Below the pieces are notes generated by a model. The model ran no database searches. It was not told the DNA's origin and saw nothing but the letters and a program-made list of their open reading frames with translations. Of a stretch of DNA of 64,000 nucleotides, positions 36,854 through 46,602 are shown in pieces (the first letter of the stretch is position 1; each line of letters opens with the position of its first letter). The stretch covers positions 9,343-73,342 of the forward strand of contig QJWC01000081.1 of the NCBI GenBank assembly GCA_003235475.1, written 5' to 3'. The stretch is from Acidimicrobiia bacterium (GTDB taxonomy: Bacteria > Actinomycetota > Acidimicrobiia > Spongiisociales > UBA5794). The position numbers and the translations under genes are program-made.

Positions 36854-36956
36854 CGGGGCACGGTAGCCGAACCGATGTGGGAGGTGTGCCGTTCGCTTGC
36901 ACGCGCGCAGGTCGTCGAATCGCTACGATCGATGCAGCGAAAGACGGGAGGACACC

Positions 36957-38216
36957 ATGTCCGATGCTCGACCCGGATCGCAACTCTGGCCCGCCGCACG
37001 GATCGCGTTTGCAACCGCGCTCCTGGTGTTCGTGGTGACGATTGTGATCGGAATTCTCAACGGCCTCGACGTGTACACGCCGGACCACGACACCCTCATG
37101 ACCCATGTCCACGCGGGCACGCTGGGCTGGATCACGTTGTCGGTGATGGGGACGGCGATGCTGATCTTCGGCGACCGAGCGCCCCTCGGGGCAGCCGACG
37201 TCGCGAAGGTGAAGCGGATGGTCACGCTCTTTGCCGTGGCAATCGTCCTGTACGTCTCTGCGTTCTTCGCTGGCAACCGGATCTGGGATGACCGCATCCA
37301 GCGGCCGGTGTTCGGCACGCTGCTGTTCATCGCCGTGATCTGGGTCGCGGTGTGGCTGTTCAGCGTGAACTCGCGGACCGAAGGCACGAGCGTGGCAAGA
37401 CTTGGCGTGTTGCTCGCGTGGGTGTCGGTCATCGAGGGTGCGGTACTGGGAATCCTCCTTGGTATCTACAAGGCGAAAGGGGAAATACCAGGTTTCGGTG
37501 ACGAGGCTGCGAAGCGCATCGCGGAGGGCCATCCACCGGCGATGGTGATCGGGTTCCTCATACTTGCCGCGATGGCGCTCATCGAGTGGTTGCTGCGCCG
37601 CCACACGTCGTGGGCCGATGACCGCCTTGGGGTGAGCCAGATGTGGATCCTGTTCGCCGCTGGGACCGTCGCGAACATCGCATTCGTGTCCGGACTCGAG
37701 GAGGAGCTCCTCGGGCCTGCAAACCTGCTGATGATCGTCGGCGTCGTGATCATGGTCGTGCGGTACCGCACGGAACTCTCCCCAGCCGGCTGGCGCGGCT
37801 CCGGGAACGGGATGTTCGCGCGTATGTCCAGTCTCTTCCTCGTGGTCTATCTCGTGCTCGGGACGATCCTCATCGCCCAGGTGATCAGCGGATCGATGGA
37901 CTTCGACGCGTTGACGGACGAACAACTCGGGTTTCTCCTCGCGTTCGATCACTCCATGTTCATCGGAGTGATGACGAACGCCCTGTTCGGAGTACTCGCG
38001 GTGGCTCGCCGGGGCGATGGAGAGCTGTCGATGGTCGACAAGATCGTCCTCTACGGAGTCAACGTGGGGATCATCGGGTTCATGACCGGGCTCATCACCG
38101 TGTCAGCGCCATTGAAGAGGACCTTCACCCCGATCATGGGCACCGCGCTGCTCATCGGGATCGCATTCACCGTCTGGGAGATCTTGAACGAACGTAACGA
38201 GTCGATGAACGCCTAG
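36957..38216 (+). CDS. Hypothetical polytopic membrane protein (about 12 TM, conserved-looking His residues)
   Basis: ORF 36897..38216. Likely start MSDARPG at 36957. Twelve hydrophobic segments. His-containing motifs THVHAGTLGW (TM2 region), EGHPPAM (before TM6), FDHSMFIG (TM10). Divergent from the cytochrome c gene. Confidence 0.6.
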   Translation: MSDARPGSQLWPAARIAFATALLVFVVTIVIGILNGLDVYTPDHDTLMTHVHAGTLGWITLSVMGTAMLIFGDRAPLGAADVAKVKRMVTLFAVAIVLYVSAFFAGNRIWDDRIQRPVFGTLLFIAVIWVAVWLFSVNSRTEGTSVARLGVLLAWVSVIEGAVLGILLGIYKAKGEIPGFGDEAAKRIAEGHPPAMVIGFLILAAMALIEWLLRRHTSWADDRLGVSQMWILFAAGTVANIAFVSGLEEELLGPANLLMIVGVVIMVVRYRTELSPAGWRGSGNGMFARMSSLFLVVYLVLGTILIAQVISGSMDFDALTDEQLGFLLAFDHSMFIGVMTNALFGVLAVARRGDGELSMVDKIVLYGVNVGIIGFMTGLITVSAPLKRTFTPIMGTALLIGIAFTVWEILNERNESMNA

Positions 38217-39568
38217 CTGTGAGGTCGTCCGGGTCCTCGGGATCGCTTTCCGAGGATCCGGTCGATCTTGTCGAGGCGATCTGTCAGGTCCTTTTCATCG
38301 CCCATCGACGACGGCGTGAAGAGGATCACATCCTTCGCAGCATCCGGCAGGTACTGCTGCGCCACGACGCCAAGGGCGCTGTCGTGGGGGTATTCGTAGC
38401 CAACACCGAATCCGAACTGCTGGTCGCCCTCCGTTGCACCGCTGCGGAGATGCGGCGGGACCTCTCCGTGTGGCCGATCGTCGATGGCTGCGTTCGACGC
38501 TCCGATGGCGCGCTTCACAGCGTTCGACTTCGGTGCGAGGGACAACGCGACCGCGGCATGCGTGAGTGCGAAGCTCGCCTCCGGGAGACCGACGACCTCG
38601 AGGGCACGGAAGGCGTCAACGGCGACTCCGAGGGCGGACGAGTCTGCCAGCCCGATGTCCTCCGATGCGAAGATGATCATTCGCCTCGCGATGAACTTCG
38701 GATCCTCCCCCGCGCGGATCATCGTGTGCAGCCAGTAGAGGGCCGCGTCGACATCCGAGCCCCGCATGGACTTGATGAACGCCGAGACGACGTCGTAGTG
38801 GCGATCGCCGCCGCGGTCATACCGAATGATCCGTCGTTGCAGCGCCTCGGAAACAGTCGCGAGATCGATCGTGTCCGCTCCTCGACCTTCCGCGATCGTC
38901 GCTGCGGTCTCGAGTGAGTTGAGGGCGAGCCTCGCATCGCCACCAACCCTCCCGGCGAGGCCCTCCGCTGCGTCGTCGTCGATTGACATGCCCGAGATCC
39001 CGCGCATGGGGTCCGACAGCGCCACCGCAATGACTTCCCGCACCTCATCGTCTGTGAGGGCTTCTGTGCGGAAGACGGTCGCCCTCGAGATCAGCGGTGA
39101 GTTGACCTCGAAGAACGGGTTCTCCGTGGTCGCTCCGACGAGGATGACCTGGCCGGATTCGACCCCCGGCAGGAGCGCGTCCTGTTGCGCCTTGTTGAAT
39201 CGGTGGATCTCATCGAGAAGGAGGATCGTGCGACCCCTCCCCTCGCCGAGCCGCTGGTCAGCCCGCGCCAGGACCTCCCTGACGTCCTTCACGCCTGCCG
39301 AGGTCGCCGAAAGCCGCTCGAGGTGTCCCTCGACTTCCTTCGCGATGAGGTTGGCGAGCGTGGTCTTTCCCGTACCGGGCGGCCCCCACAGGATCATGCT
39401 GGAGAGTCGGCCGCTCTCGACGATGGACCTGAATGCGGCGCCGGGCGAGAGGAGGTGTCGCTGTCCGATCACCTCGTCGAGAGTTCTCGGCCTCATCCGG
39501 GCTGGCAATGGGGCTTCGGCGCGAATGATCTCGTCGCGCCTCGCCGCGAAGAGATCGCCGTCGCTCAT
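38213..39568 (-). CDS. rarA: Replication-associated recombination protein A (AAA+ ATPase RarA/MgsA)
   Basis: 451 aa. Walker A GPPGTGKTT, Walker B LLLDEIHRFNKAQQD, MgsA C-terminal domain. Confidence 0.9.
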   Translation of the reverse strand: MSDGDLFAARRDEIIRAEAPLPARMRPRTLDEVIGQRHLLSPGAAFRSIVESGRLSSMILWGPPGTGKTTLANLIAKEVEGHLERLSATSAGVKDVREVLARADQRLGEGRGRTILLLDEIHRFNKAQQDALLPGVESGQVILVGATTENPFFEVNSPLISRATVFRTEALTDDEVREVIAVALSDPMRGISGMSIDDDAAEGLAGRVGGDARLALNSLETAATIAEGRGADTIDLATVSEALQRRIIRYDRGGDRHYDVVSAFIKSMRGSDVDAALYWLHTMIRAGEDPKFIARRMIIFASEDIGLADSSALGVAVDAFRALEVVGLPEASFALTHAAVALSLAPKSNAVKRAIGASNAAIDDRPHGEVPPHLRSGATEGDQQFGFGVGYEYPHDSALGVVAQQYLPDAAKDVILFTPSSMGDEKDLTDRLDKIDRILGKRSRGPGRPHS

Positions 39569-41349
39569 TCCGGTGTGTCACCAGCTTCTGCGGCCGCCCA
39601 CGACTCGAGGACGGCAGGGGCGATCTCGATACCGAGCTCCTCGAGTTGGGATTCGTCGACACGGCCCGGAGATCCTGTGAGCGGGTCTGCCCCGGTCTGC
39701 GTCTTCGGGAACGGGATGATCTCCCTGATGTTGGGCTCGCCCTGGAGAATTGCGACGAGGCGGTCGATGCCGAACGCAAAGCCAGCGTGCGGAGGCGTTC
39801 CATAGCGGAGGGCCTCGAGGAACCACCCGAACCTCGACTCAGCGTCCTCATCTGATATCCCCATCACCTCGAACACCTTGGCCTGCATGGCGGGATCGTG
39901 GATCCTCACGGACCCCGATCCGAGTTCGGAGCCGTTCAGGACGAGATCGTACGCCTTGGAAACAGCGCTCTCCGGCGTGTTGACGAGGTCCTCGAGGCTG
40001 GCTGGTGCGGTGAACGGGTGGTGTGCCGGGGACAGCGAGCCGTCGTCTCCCACATCGAACACCGGGAAATCCACGATGAAGGCGAACGAGAGTTCGTCGT
40101 GGCCTGTTGGTTGGCCGAGGTCGAGGCGAAGCTGGCCGAGTACCGCCCTTGCGACCTTCGTCGCGTCGGCGACGATGAGGAGGGTGTCTCCATACGTGGC
40201 GTCGAGTCGCGTGACGATCGCGCCGCGTTCTTCATCTGAGAGGAACTTGCTGACCGGCGAACGGAGCGATCCGTCCTCCTCGACGACCATCCATACGAGG
40301 CCCTTCGCTCCGAGCTCTTGCGCTCGCGTCGTCAGGGCGTCGAGGCCGCTACGCGCCAATCCCAACGCGCCTGCGTTGATCCCGCGCACCGTGCCGCCGT
40401 CGCCGAGCACTCCCGTGAAGGCCTTGAACTCCGTGTCTGCGAATGCATCCGACAGGTCGACGATCTCCATGCCGAAACGCAGGTCTGGCTTGTCGCTTCC
40501 GTATCGGTCCATCGCCTCGGTCCACGTCAATCGGGGAAGAGGGAGTTCGATGTCTTCCCCCCTGAGGTCACGCACGACCTCGGCTGCGATCTTCTCGAGA
40601 ACGGTCAATACGTCTTCCTGGCCCCAGAACGACCCCTCGAGGTCGAGCTGCGTGAACTCGACCTGACGGTCCGCCCTGAAGTCCTCGTCCCGGTAGCACT
40701 TGGCGACTTGGTAGTACCGCTCGACACCACCGATCATGAGGAGCTGCTTGAAGAGCTGCGGTGACTGTGGAAGGGCGTAGAACTGGCCCTTGCGAAGGCG
40801 GGACGGCACCAGCATGTCCCGAGCACCCTCTGGCGTCGACGCGATCAGTGTCGGCGTTTCGACCTCGAGGAATGCCTCGCGGTCGAGCACATTCCTCATC
40901 GCCCTGATCGCCTTGGAGCGCGCGACAAGATTCGCCGCCATCCTGCCGCGGCGCATGTCGAGATACCGGTACTTGAGCCTCAGGCTCTCGTCGACGTCCG
41001 AACGGTCGTCGAGTTGGAACGGCAACGCAGCTGCAGGGCTCAACACGGTGAGGTTCGATGCGACGACCTCGACCTCGCCCGTCGGGAGGTCCCGGTTGAC
41101 CGTCCCCTCGGGCCTCGGCGTGACCTCGCCCTCGACCTGGATGCAGTACTCGGACCTGAGGCCGTGCAGCACGTCATCACTCGCGGGTTCGTTATCGGGA
41201 TTCAGGACGACCTGGACGATGCCAGATCCGTCACGGAGATCGACGAACGCAACGCCGCCGTGGTCCCTTCGCCGCCCAACCCAGCCAGCGAGCGTGACGG
41301 TTTGACCGATGTGCTCGGCTCGCAGCTCGCCTGCGTGTATCGACTTCAT
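39565..41349 (-). CDS. aspS: Aspartate--tRNA ligase
   Basis: ORF 39565..41364. Start MKSIHAGELR at 41349 gives an ATGA overlap with hisS. Has an OB-fold anticodon-binding domain and a class II core. Confidence 0.9.
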   Translation of the reverse strand: MKSIHAGELRAEHIGQTVTLAGWVGRRRDHGGVAFVDLRDGSGIVQVVLNPDNEPASDDVLHGLRSEYCIQVEGEVTPRPEGTVNRDLPTGEVEVVASNLTVLSPAAALPFQLDDRSDVDESLRLKYRYLDMRRGRMAANLVARSKAIRAMRNVLDREAFLEVETPTLIASTPEGARDMLVPSRLRKGQFYALPQSPQLFKQLLMIGGVERYYQVAKCYRDEDFRADRQVEFTQLDLEGSFWGQEDVLTVLEKIAAEVVRDLRGEDIELPLPRLTWTEAMDRYGSDKPDLRFGMEIVDLSDAFADTEFKAFTGVLGDGGTVRGINAGALGLARSGLDALTTRAQELGAKGLVWMVVEEDGSLRSPVSKFLSDEERGAIVTRLDATYGDTLLIVADATKVARAVLGQLRLDLGQPTGHDELSFAFIVDFPVFDVGDDGSLSPAHHPFTAPASLEDLVNTPESAVSKAYDLVLNGSELGSGSVRIHDPAMQAKVFEVMGISDEDAESRFGWFLEALRYGTPPHAGFAFGIDRLVAILQGEPNIREIIPFPKTQTGADPLTGSPGRVDESQLEELGIEIAPAVLESWAAAEAGDTPE

Positions 41350-42578
41350 TGGCTGGTGATCCATTCGGAGAGGTTTTCGAGGGCGACGGAGCGTTGTTCG
41401 CCGTCGGCAAGGCTACGAACGGTCGCCATGCCATCGTCAAACTCGTCGCCGATGACCACGACAAAACGCGCCCCAAGCCGGTCCGCGTCCTTGAACTGGG
41501 CCTTGACCGAGCGATGTTGGTCCGCCGTCTCGACCTTGAGTCCCGATGATCTCAACCTGGATACGAGCGCACGGGCATCGGTTCTCCTGGACTCGTCGAT
41601 CGACGCCACATAGGCGTCGAGCTGGGACGTCCTTCCTCGCTGCGCGCTCGCAAGCTCGATCCGGTCGAGGCCCATCGCGAGGCCAACGCCGGGAGTTGGC
41701 TTGCCGCCCAACACCTCGAACAGCCCGTCGTACCGACCTCCGCCGCCAGCGGCGCTCTGGGCTGCGTCATACCCGAGCGGCACGTATTCGAACACGGTTC
41801 GGTTGTAGTAATCGAGTCCCCGGACGAGCCTCGGATCGAGGACCGAAGGGATGCCGATTGCGTCGAGGCCGGCCCGAACGGCGTCGAAGTGGGTCTGCGC
41901 CTCGACCCCGAGATGATCGACAGGGGTCGGCGCGTCCGCCACGACCTCGGCATCCGCCTTCGAGTCGAGCACTCGCATTGGGTTCGCATCGATTCGTCGC
42001 ACGGAATCCTCGGATAGTGCATCGCGGCGCTCGTTGAGGAACGCGCGGATCACCTCCCGATAGGCGGCGCGGTCCGCTGGGTCCCCGATGCTGTTGAGAC
42101 GGAGTTCGACGTTCTCGACCCCGAGTCGTTCGAGGAATCGATAGCCGAGCTCGATGACCTCCACGTCGGCTTCAGGTGACGCCGACCCGAGATACTCGAC
42201 GCCTGCCTGATAGAACTGGCGGTACCGGCCCTTCTGCGGGCGTTCGTATCGGAACATCGGGCCCCAGTAAGCGCACTTGAAGCGACTCCCCACTCCCCCG
42301 GCCTGGATCTGCGCCCTCACCACCGAGGCGGTCTGCTCGGGTCGCAGCGTCAGCGAACGGCCGGCCTTGTCGTCGAACGTGTACATCTGCTTCTCGACGA
42401 CTTCGGTGTCGCCACCCACGCCCCGTGCAAACACCTCGGTGTCCTCGAATATCGGGGTGAGAACGAGCCCGTATCCGAACTGCTCGCACAGTGCGTCCCA
42501 TACGCGATGGGCCTCACGCCACCAGTCGGATTCGGGTGGGAGTATGTCGTTCGTGCCCTTTGGCGCACGGAAGGTCAC
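41346..42578 (-). CDS. hisS: Histidine--tRNA ligase
   Basis: 410 aa. MTFRAPKGTNDILP, class II motifs, anticodon-binding C-domain. Confidence 0.9.
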   Translation of the reverse strand: MTFRAPKGTNDILPPESDWWREAHRVWDALCEQFGYGLVLTPIFEDTEVFARGVGGDTEVVEKQMYTFDDKAGRSLTLRPEQTASVVRAQIQAGGVGSRFKCAYWGPMFRYERPQKGRYRQFYQAGVEYLGSASPEADVEVIELGYRFLERLGVENVELRLNSIGDPADRAAYREVIRAFLNERRDALSEDSVRRIDANPMRVLDSKADAEVVADAPTPVDHLGVEAQTHFDAVRAGLDAIGIPSVLDPRLVRGLDYYNRTVFEYVPLGYDAAQSAAGGGGRYDGLFEVLGGKPTPGVGLAMGLDRIELASAQRGRTSQLDAYVASIDESRRTDARALVSRLRSSGLKVETADQHRSVKAQFKDADRLGARFVVVIGDEFDDGMATVRSLADGEQRSVALENLSEWITSQ

Positions 42579-43225
42579 AGGAGCTCCTGCAGGAAGGGGT
42601 TGTGGCGTCGCTCGGCGGCCAGCGTAGTGGCTGGGCCGTGGCCAGGAAGAACACGCGTTCCGGGATCGAGGGGCATGATCTCTCTCGCCATGGAGTCCAT
42701 CAGGGTGGCATACGAGCCCCCTGGAAGGTCCGTCCTGCCGATGGAACCTTGGAAGAGCTGATCGCCCGAGAAGAGAACTCCCTCGGCTGGCACTGAGAAA
42801 CAGCAGTGGCCCCGCGTATGGCCCGGTGTGAAGAGGACATCGAACTCAACACCCGCGAGGGAGAGCCGGTCGCCCGCCGCCAGATCGGAGAACTGTGACC
42901 TGACGACAGCGTCTCCGATTTCGAATGCTTGGCCCCCAAGTAGCGCCTCGAGCTGGGCGCCGGGATGCCTTGCCATGTCGACGTCGTCGGGATGGAGGTA
43001 TGCCGTCACGGTGGGCCCCGCGATGCCATCGACGCCGCCCGCATGGTCGATGTGGCCATGCGTGACGAGCACTGCGATGGGCGTGAGATCGTGGCGCGCC
43101 AGCAGGCTCGCGACGCCGGACGGATCGGGTGGCGCGTCGACCACCACGGCCGCCGCTCCAGGCCCATCAGCCACCACGTAGGTGTTCGTGCCGAAGAACC
43201 ACAGCGTTGATGAATCGATCAGCAT
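42575..43225 (-). CDS. MBL-fold metallo-hydrolase (glyoxalase II-like)
   Basis: 216 aa. THGHIDHAGG metal-binding motif. Confidence 0.8.
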   Translation of the reverse strand: MLIDSSTLWFFGTNTYVVADGPGAAAVVVDAPPDPSGVASLLARHDLTPIAVLVTHGHIDHAGGVDGIAGPTVTAYLHPDDVDMARHPGAQLEALLGGQAFEIGDAVVRSQFSDLAAGDRLSLAGVEFDVLFTPGHTRGHCCFSVPAEGVLFSGDQLFQGSIGRTDLPGGSYATLMDSMAREIMPLDPGTRVLPGHGPATTLAAERRHNPFLQELL

Positions 43226-43276
43226 GTCCGGACCGGCCCTTTCCGACGTCCGTCCGACACGATATGGGGCGCGGTG

Positions 43277-45517
43277 TCAGAGCACCAGCCGGTACGAGTC
43301 GTACACGCCGTCCACCTGGCGGATGCCCTGGAGCAGCCCCTCGAGCGCCTCCCGATCGGACAGCTCGATCTCGTATCGCAGAAGGGCAATACGGTCGCGG
43401 CCCGTCACCGAAGACGACGCGTGGATGTTCGCGCCGTAGTCCGAGAGAACGGACGTGACGTCCCTCAGAAGCTTGGAACGGTCGAGTGCCTCGACCTGGA
43501 TCCACACGAAGAACGTTCCCGTTTGCTGGGCCGCCCAAGCCACGTCGACCATGCGTTCGGTCTGCTCCATGAGGGCGCCGATGTTCGCACAGTCGGATCG
43601 GTGAACGCTCACACCCCTGCCAATCGTCACGAAGCCGAGGATGTCGTCACCGGGCACCGGCCCACAGCACTTCGCCATGCGCACAAGCATGTCCTCGAGA
43701 CCCTCGACAATGACGTCGCCGGTGACCCTTGAGCGGCGTTTGTGCGGCGTCGGGAGACGCTCGGCCCTGAGGGCTTCCGCGGTGTCCTCCGGCCTCAAGC
43801 GACGCCCGACCCGCTGTGCCACGGTCCTCGGGCTCGTGCGATTCTCCCCGACTGAGACGAAGAGGTGCTCCGGCGAATCGAACCCGAAGTCCTCTGCGAC
43901 TGCGCGGAGTTCCTTCTCGACCGTGTTGATCGGAAGTCCGTCCCGCCGCATCGCTGCAAAGACGGCATCCCTGCCCTCTGAGAGCGCGTTCTCCCTTCGC
44001 TCCCTCGTGAACCAGGCTTTGATCTTCGAATTCGCCCTCGAGGACTTCACGAAGTCGAGCCAGTCACGCGACGGGCGCGCATCCTGGGACTTCGATGTGA
44101 GGATCTCGACGATGTCACCCGACTCGAGGGGCGTCGACAGTGGAACGAGGCGACCATTCACCTTCGCTCCGGTGCACCGGTGGCCGACGTCGGTGTGGAT
44201 GCGGTACGCAAAGTCCACAGGGGTGGCTCCGACCGGCAGCGTCTTCACATCGCCGTTCGGTGTGAGTGCGAACACCTCGTCCTGGTAGAGATCGAGCTTC
44301 AGGTGCTCGAGGAACTCTGACGGATCCTCAGATTCCTCGTGCGCCTCAGTGAAGTCTGCGACGATCTGCACCTCGTCAGATGCGGCACCCCCCTCCTTGT
44401 AACGCCAGTGGGCCGCGATACCGGTCTCAGCTCGCTCGTGCATTTCCTGCGTCCGGATCTGCACCTCGAGGGCCTTGCCCTCGGGCCCCACCACGGTCGT
44501 GTGCAGCGACTGGTAGAAGTTGAACTTCGGCATCGCGATGTAGTCCTTGAACCTGCCCTGGATCGGGGGCCACATCGAGTGCACGAGTCCCAGCACGGCG
44601 TAGCAGTCCCTGACCTCCGCGACGATCACGCGGATGCCGATGAGGTCGTGGATGTCCTCGAACGCGAGGCCCGAGGTCACCATCTTTCGATAGATGGAGT
44701 AGAGGTGCTTGGGACGGCCCGTGATCGACGCCTGCAAGCCGGCATCCGCCAGCTCCTTCGACAGGTCATCGATCACGCGCTCGATCTCCAACTCTCGCTC
44801 GGGCGAACGGCGCATGACCGCCTCGGAGATCTCGGCGTTGGGGCCCGGGTGGAGGATCGCGAAGCAGGTCTCCTCCATCTCGTGTTTGATCTCCTGCATA
44901 CCGAGCCGGTGTGCGAGAGGTGCGTAGACATCGAGCGTCTCGGAAGCCACCCGCCGTTGCTTTTCCTCAGGCAATGGCTGGATCGTGCGAATGTTGTGTG
45001 TCCGATCAGCGAGCTTGATGACGAGCACCCGGATGTCGCGGGCCATTGCAACGGCCATCTTTCGAATGGTGGCTGCCTGCGCGAGCTCACGCGACGAGAA
45101 CTTGATGCGATCGAGCTTCGTCACGCCGTCGATGAGGAGTGCGACCTCGGATCCGAATCGTTTCTCTGCTTCCTCGATGGTGAGTTCCGTGTCCTCGACC
45201 GTGTCGTGAAGGAGCGCAGCCGCAATCGTCGAGTCATCGAGGCCGTAGTTCGCAAGGATCTCGGCGACCGCGAGCGGGTGGACGATGTATGGATCCCCGG
45301 TGGCCCGCTTCTGCCCCTGGTGAAGGGAAGAAGCGACGGCATACGCATCCCTGACCATGTCCAGGTCGCTTGACGGGTGCGCCGATTCGAGGGCGTGGAG
45401 CACGTCGTCGAACATCTCGTCGGGGGTTCGACCGTGCACATCCGGGTCGGTGGTCGACGACGCGGCGTCGCCGACCGCAACCGCTGCTGTGTCCATGGAC
45501 CCCGGAACCTGCTTCAT
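43277..45517 (-). CDS. rel: Bifunctional (p)ppGpp synthetase/hydrolase Rel
   Basis: ORF 43277..45697. Likely start at 45517 (or 45496). HD hydrolase (HDTVEDT), synthetase (RxKD-like), TGS and ACT regions. Confidence 0.85.
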   Translation of the reverse strand: MKQVPGSMDTAAVAVGDAASSTTDPDVHGRTPDEMFDDVLHALESAHPSSDLDMVRDAYAVASSLHQGQKRATGDPYIVHPLAVAEILANYGLDDSTIAAALLHDTVEDTELTIEEAEKRFGSEVALLIDGVTKLDRIKFSSRELAQAATIRKMAVAMARDIRVLVIKLADRTHNIRTIQPLPEEKQRRVASETLDVYAPLAHRLGMQEIKHEMEETCFAILHPGPNAEISEAVMRRSPERELEIERVIDDLSKELADAGLQASITGRPKHLYSIYRKMVTSGLAFEDIHDLIGIRVIVAEVRDCYAVLGLVHSMWPPIQGRFKDYIAMPKFNFYQSLHTTVVGPEGKALEVQIRTQEMHERAETGIAAHWRYKEGGAASDEVQIVADFTEAHEESEDPSEFLEHLKLDLYQDEVFALTPNGDVKTLPVGATPVDFAYRIHTDVGHRCTGAKVNGRLVPLSTPLESGDIVEILTSKSQDARPSRDWLDFVKSSRANSKIKAWFTRERRENALSEGRDAVFAAMRRDGLPINTVEKELRAVAEDFGFDSPEHLFVSVGENRTSPRTVAQRVGRRLRPEDTAEALRAERLPTPHKRRSRVTGDVIVEGLEDMLVRMAKCCGPVPGDDILGFVTIGRGVSVHRSDCANIGALMEQTERMVDVAWAAQQTGTFFVWIQVEALDRSKLLRDVTSVLSDYGANIHASSSVTGRDRIALLRYEIELSDREALEGLLQGIRQVDGVYDSYRLVL

Positions 45518-45546
45518 CCGCCGATCATACCGGCGGAAACCCTTTG

Positions 45547-46602
45547 CTAACGGCGCTTGCGGCGCTGCTTCGGCGGGCGGGCGACCGCCTGCTTCGGAGC
45601 TGCCACCTCGATCTTCATCGAGACGGGCTCTGGTTCGACAGGCGCGGTATCGAGGCCTGCCTCGAGGCGAAGCGCTCGCAGCCTGCGTCGCTCCCACTCC
45701 GGTTCGCGTTCCTTCCAGATCGCGAGCAGCGGCGATGCGACGAAGAGCGACGAATACGTACCCACGGCGATACCGATGAAGAGCGCCAGGGCGAACTCAC
45801 GCAGCGTCTCTGCGCCGAGGGCGAGAAAGCCGACAACCAGGAGCGATCCGACGGGAAGCAGCGACGTCAACGATGTGTTGATCGACCGCATCAACACCTG
45901 GTTCATGGAGGAGTTGATGATCTGCGAGTACGTCGCCTTGGTGCTCCCCTCGGCCACGTTCTCCCTGACCTTGTCGAAGACCACCACGGTGTCGTACAAC
46001 GAGTATCCGAGGATCGTGAGCGCAGCGATGATCGTTGCGGGCGTCACCACGAACCCCACGACGGCATAGATGCCGCCCGCGATCACGAGGTCGTGGAACA
46101 AAGCGGTCAGGGCACCGGCCGCCATCTTCCACTCGAAACGCCAGGCGATGAAGAGCGAGACGACGATGAGGAACACGACCAGGGCCTCGATCGCCTTTCG
46201 GGTCACCTCGGCGCCGAAGGTCGGCCCGACCGCCGACACGTTCGCGTCGTTGACCTGGGCGCCAGCTGCGTCGCTGACGGCCTTCACCAAAGCGTCCTGA
46301 CCATCCGGATCGAGCGCTTCCGTCTGCACGAGTACGAACCCATCGCCTGAGATCTGGACACGCGCACTTTCGAAGCCCACGTCGCGGAGTTCTGCTCGCA
46401 CTTCTTCGACCGCCACGTTCCTGTTGTTCTCGACCGAGACGATCACACCACCCGTGAAGTCGATCGACTTGTTGAGGGGGCGCACGGCAAGCGTCACGAT
46501 GGACGCGAGGGCGAGTATCGCTGAGACGATGAGGGTCTTGCGCGAGATGGAGACGAAGTCGATCGCGGTTTCACCGCGGTACACGCGGGACAGTGCGCTC
46601 AT
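45547..46602 (-). CDS. secF: Protein translocase subunit SecF
   Basis: 351 aa. Six-TM SecF pattern. Basic C-terminal tail. Confidence 0.9.
   Translation of the reverse strand: MSALSRVYRGETAIDFVSISRKTLIVSAILALASIVTLAVRPLNKSIDFTGGVIVSVENNRNVAVEEVRAELRDVGFESARVQISGDGFVLVQTEALDPDGQDALVKAVSDAAGAQVNDANVSAVGPTFGAEVTRKAIEALVVFLIVVSLFIAWRFEWKMAAGALTALFHDLVIAGGIYAVVGFVVTPATIIAALTILGYSLYDTVVVFDKVRENVAEGSTKATYSQIINSSMNQVLMRSINTSLTSLLPVGSLLVVGFLALGAETLREFALALFIGIAVGTYSSLFVASPLLAIWKEREPEWERRRLRALRLEAGLDTAPVEPEPVSMKIEVAAPKQAVARPPKQRRKRR

Noticed and set aside
45496-45697. Longer N-terminal extension of Rel from Met 45697.
   Set aside because: The extension is Arg/Ala-rich with no similarity to Rel N-termini. 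Starts at 45517 or 45496 leave a sensible spacer after secF, though the exact start remains uncertain.
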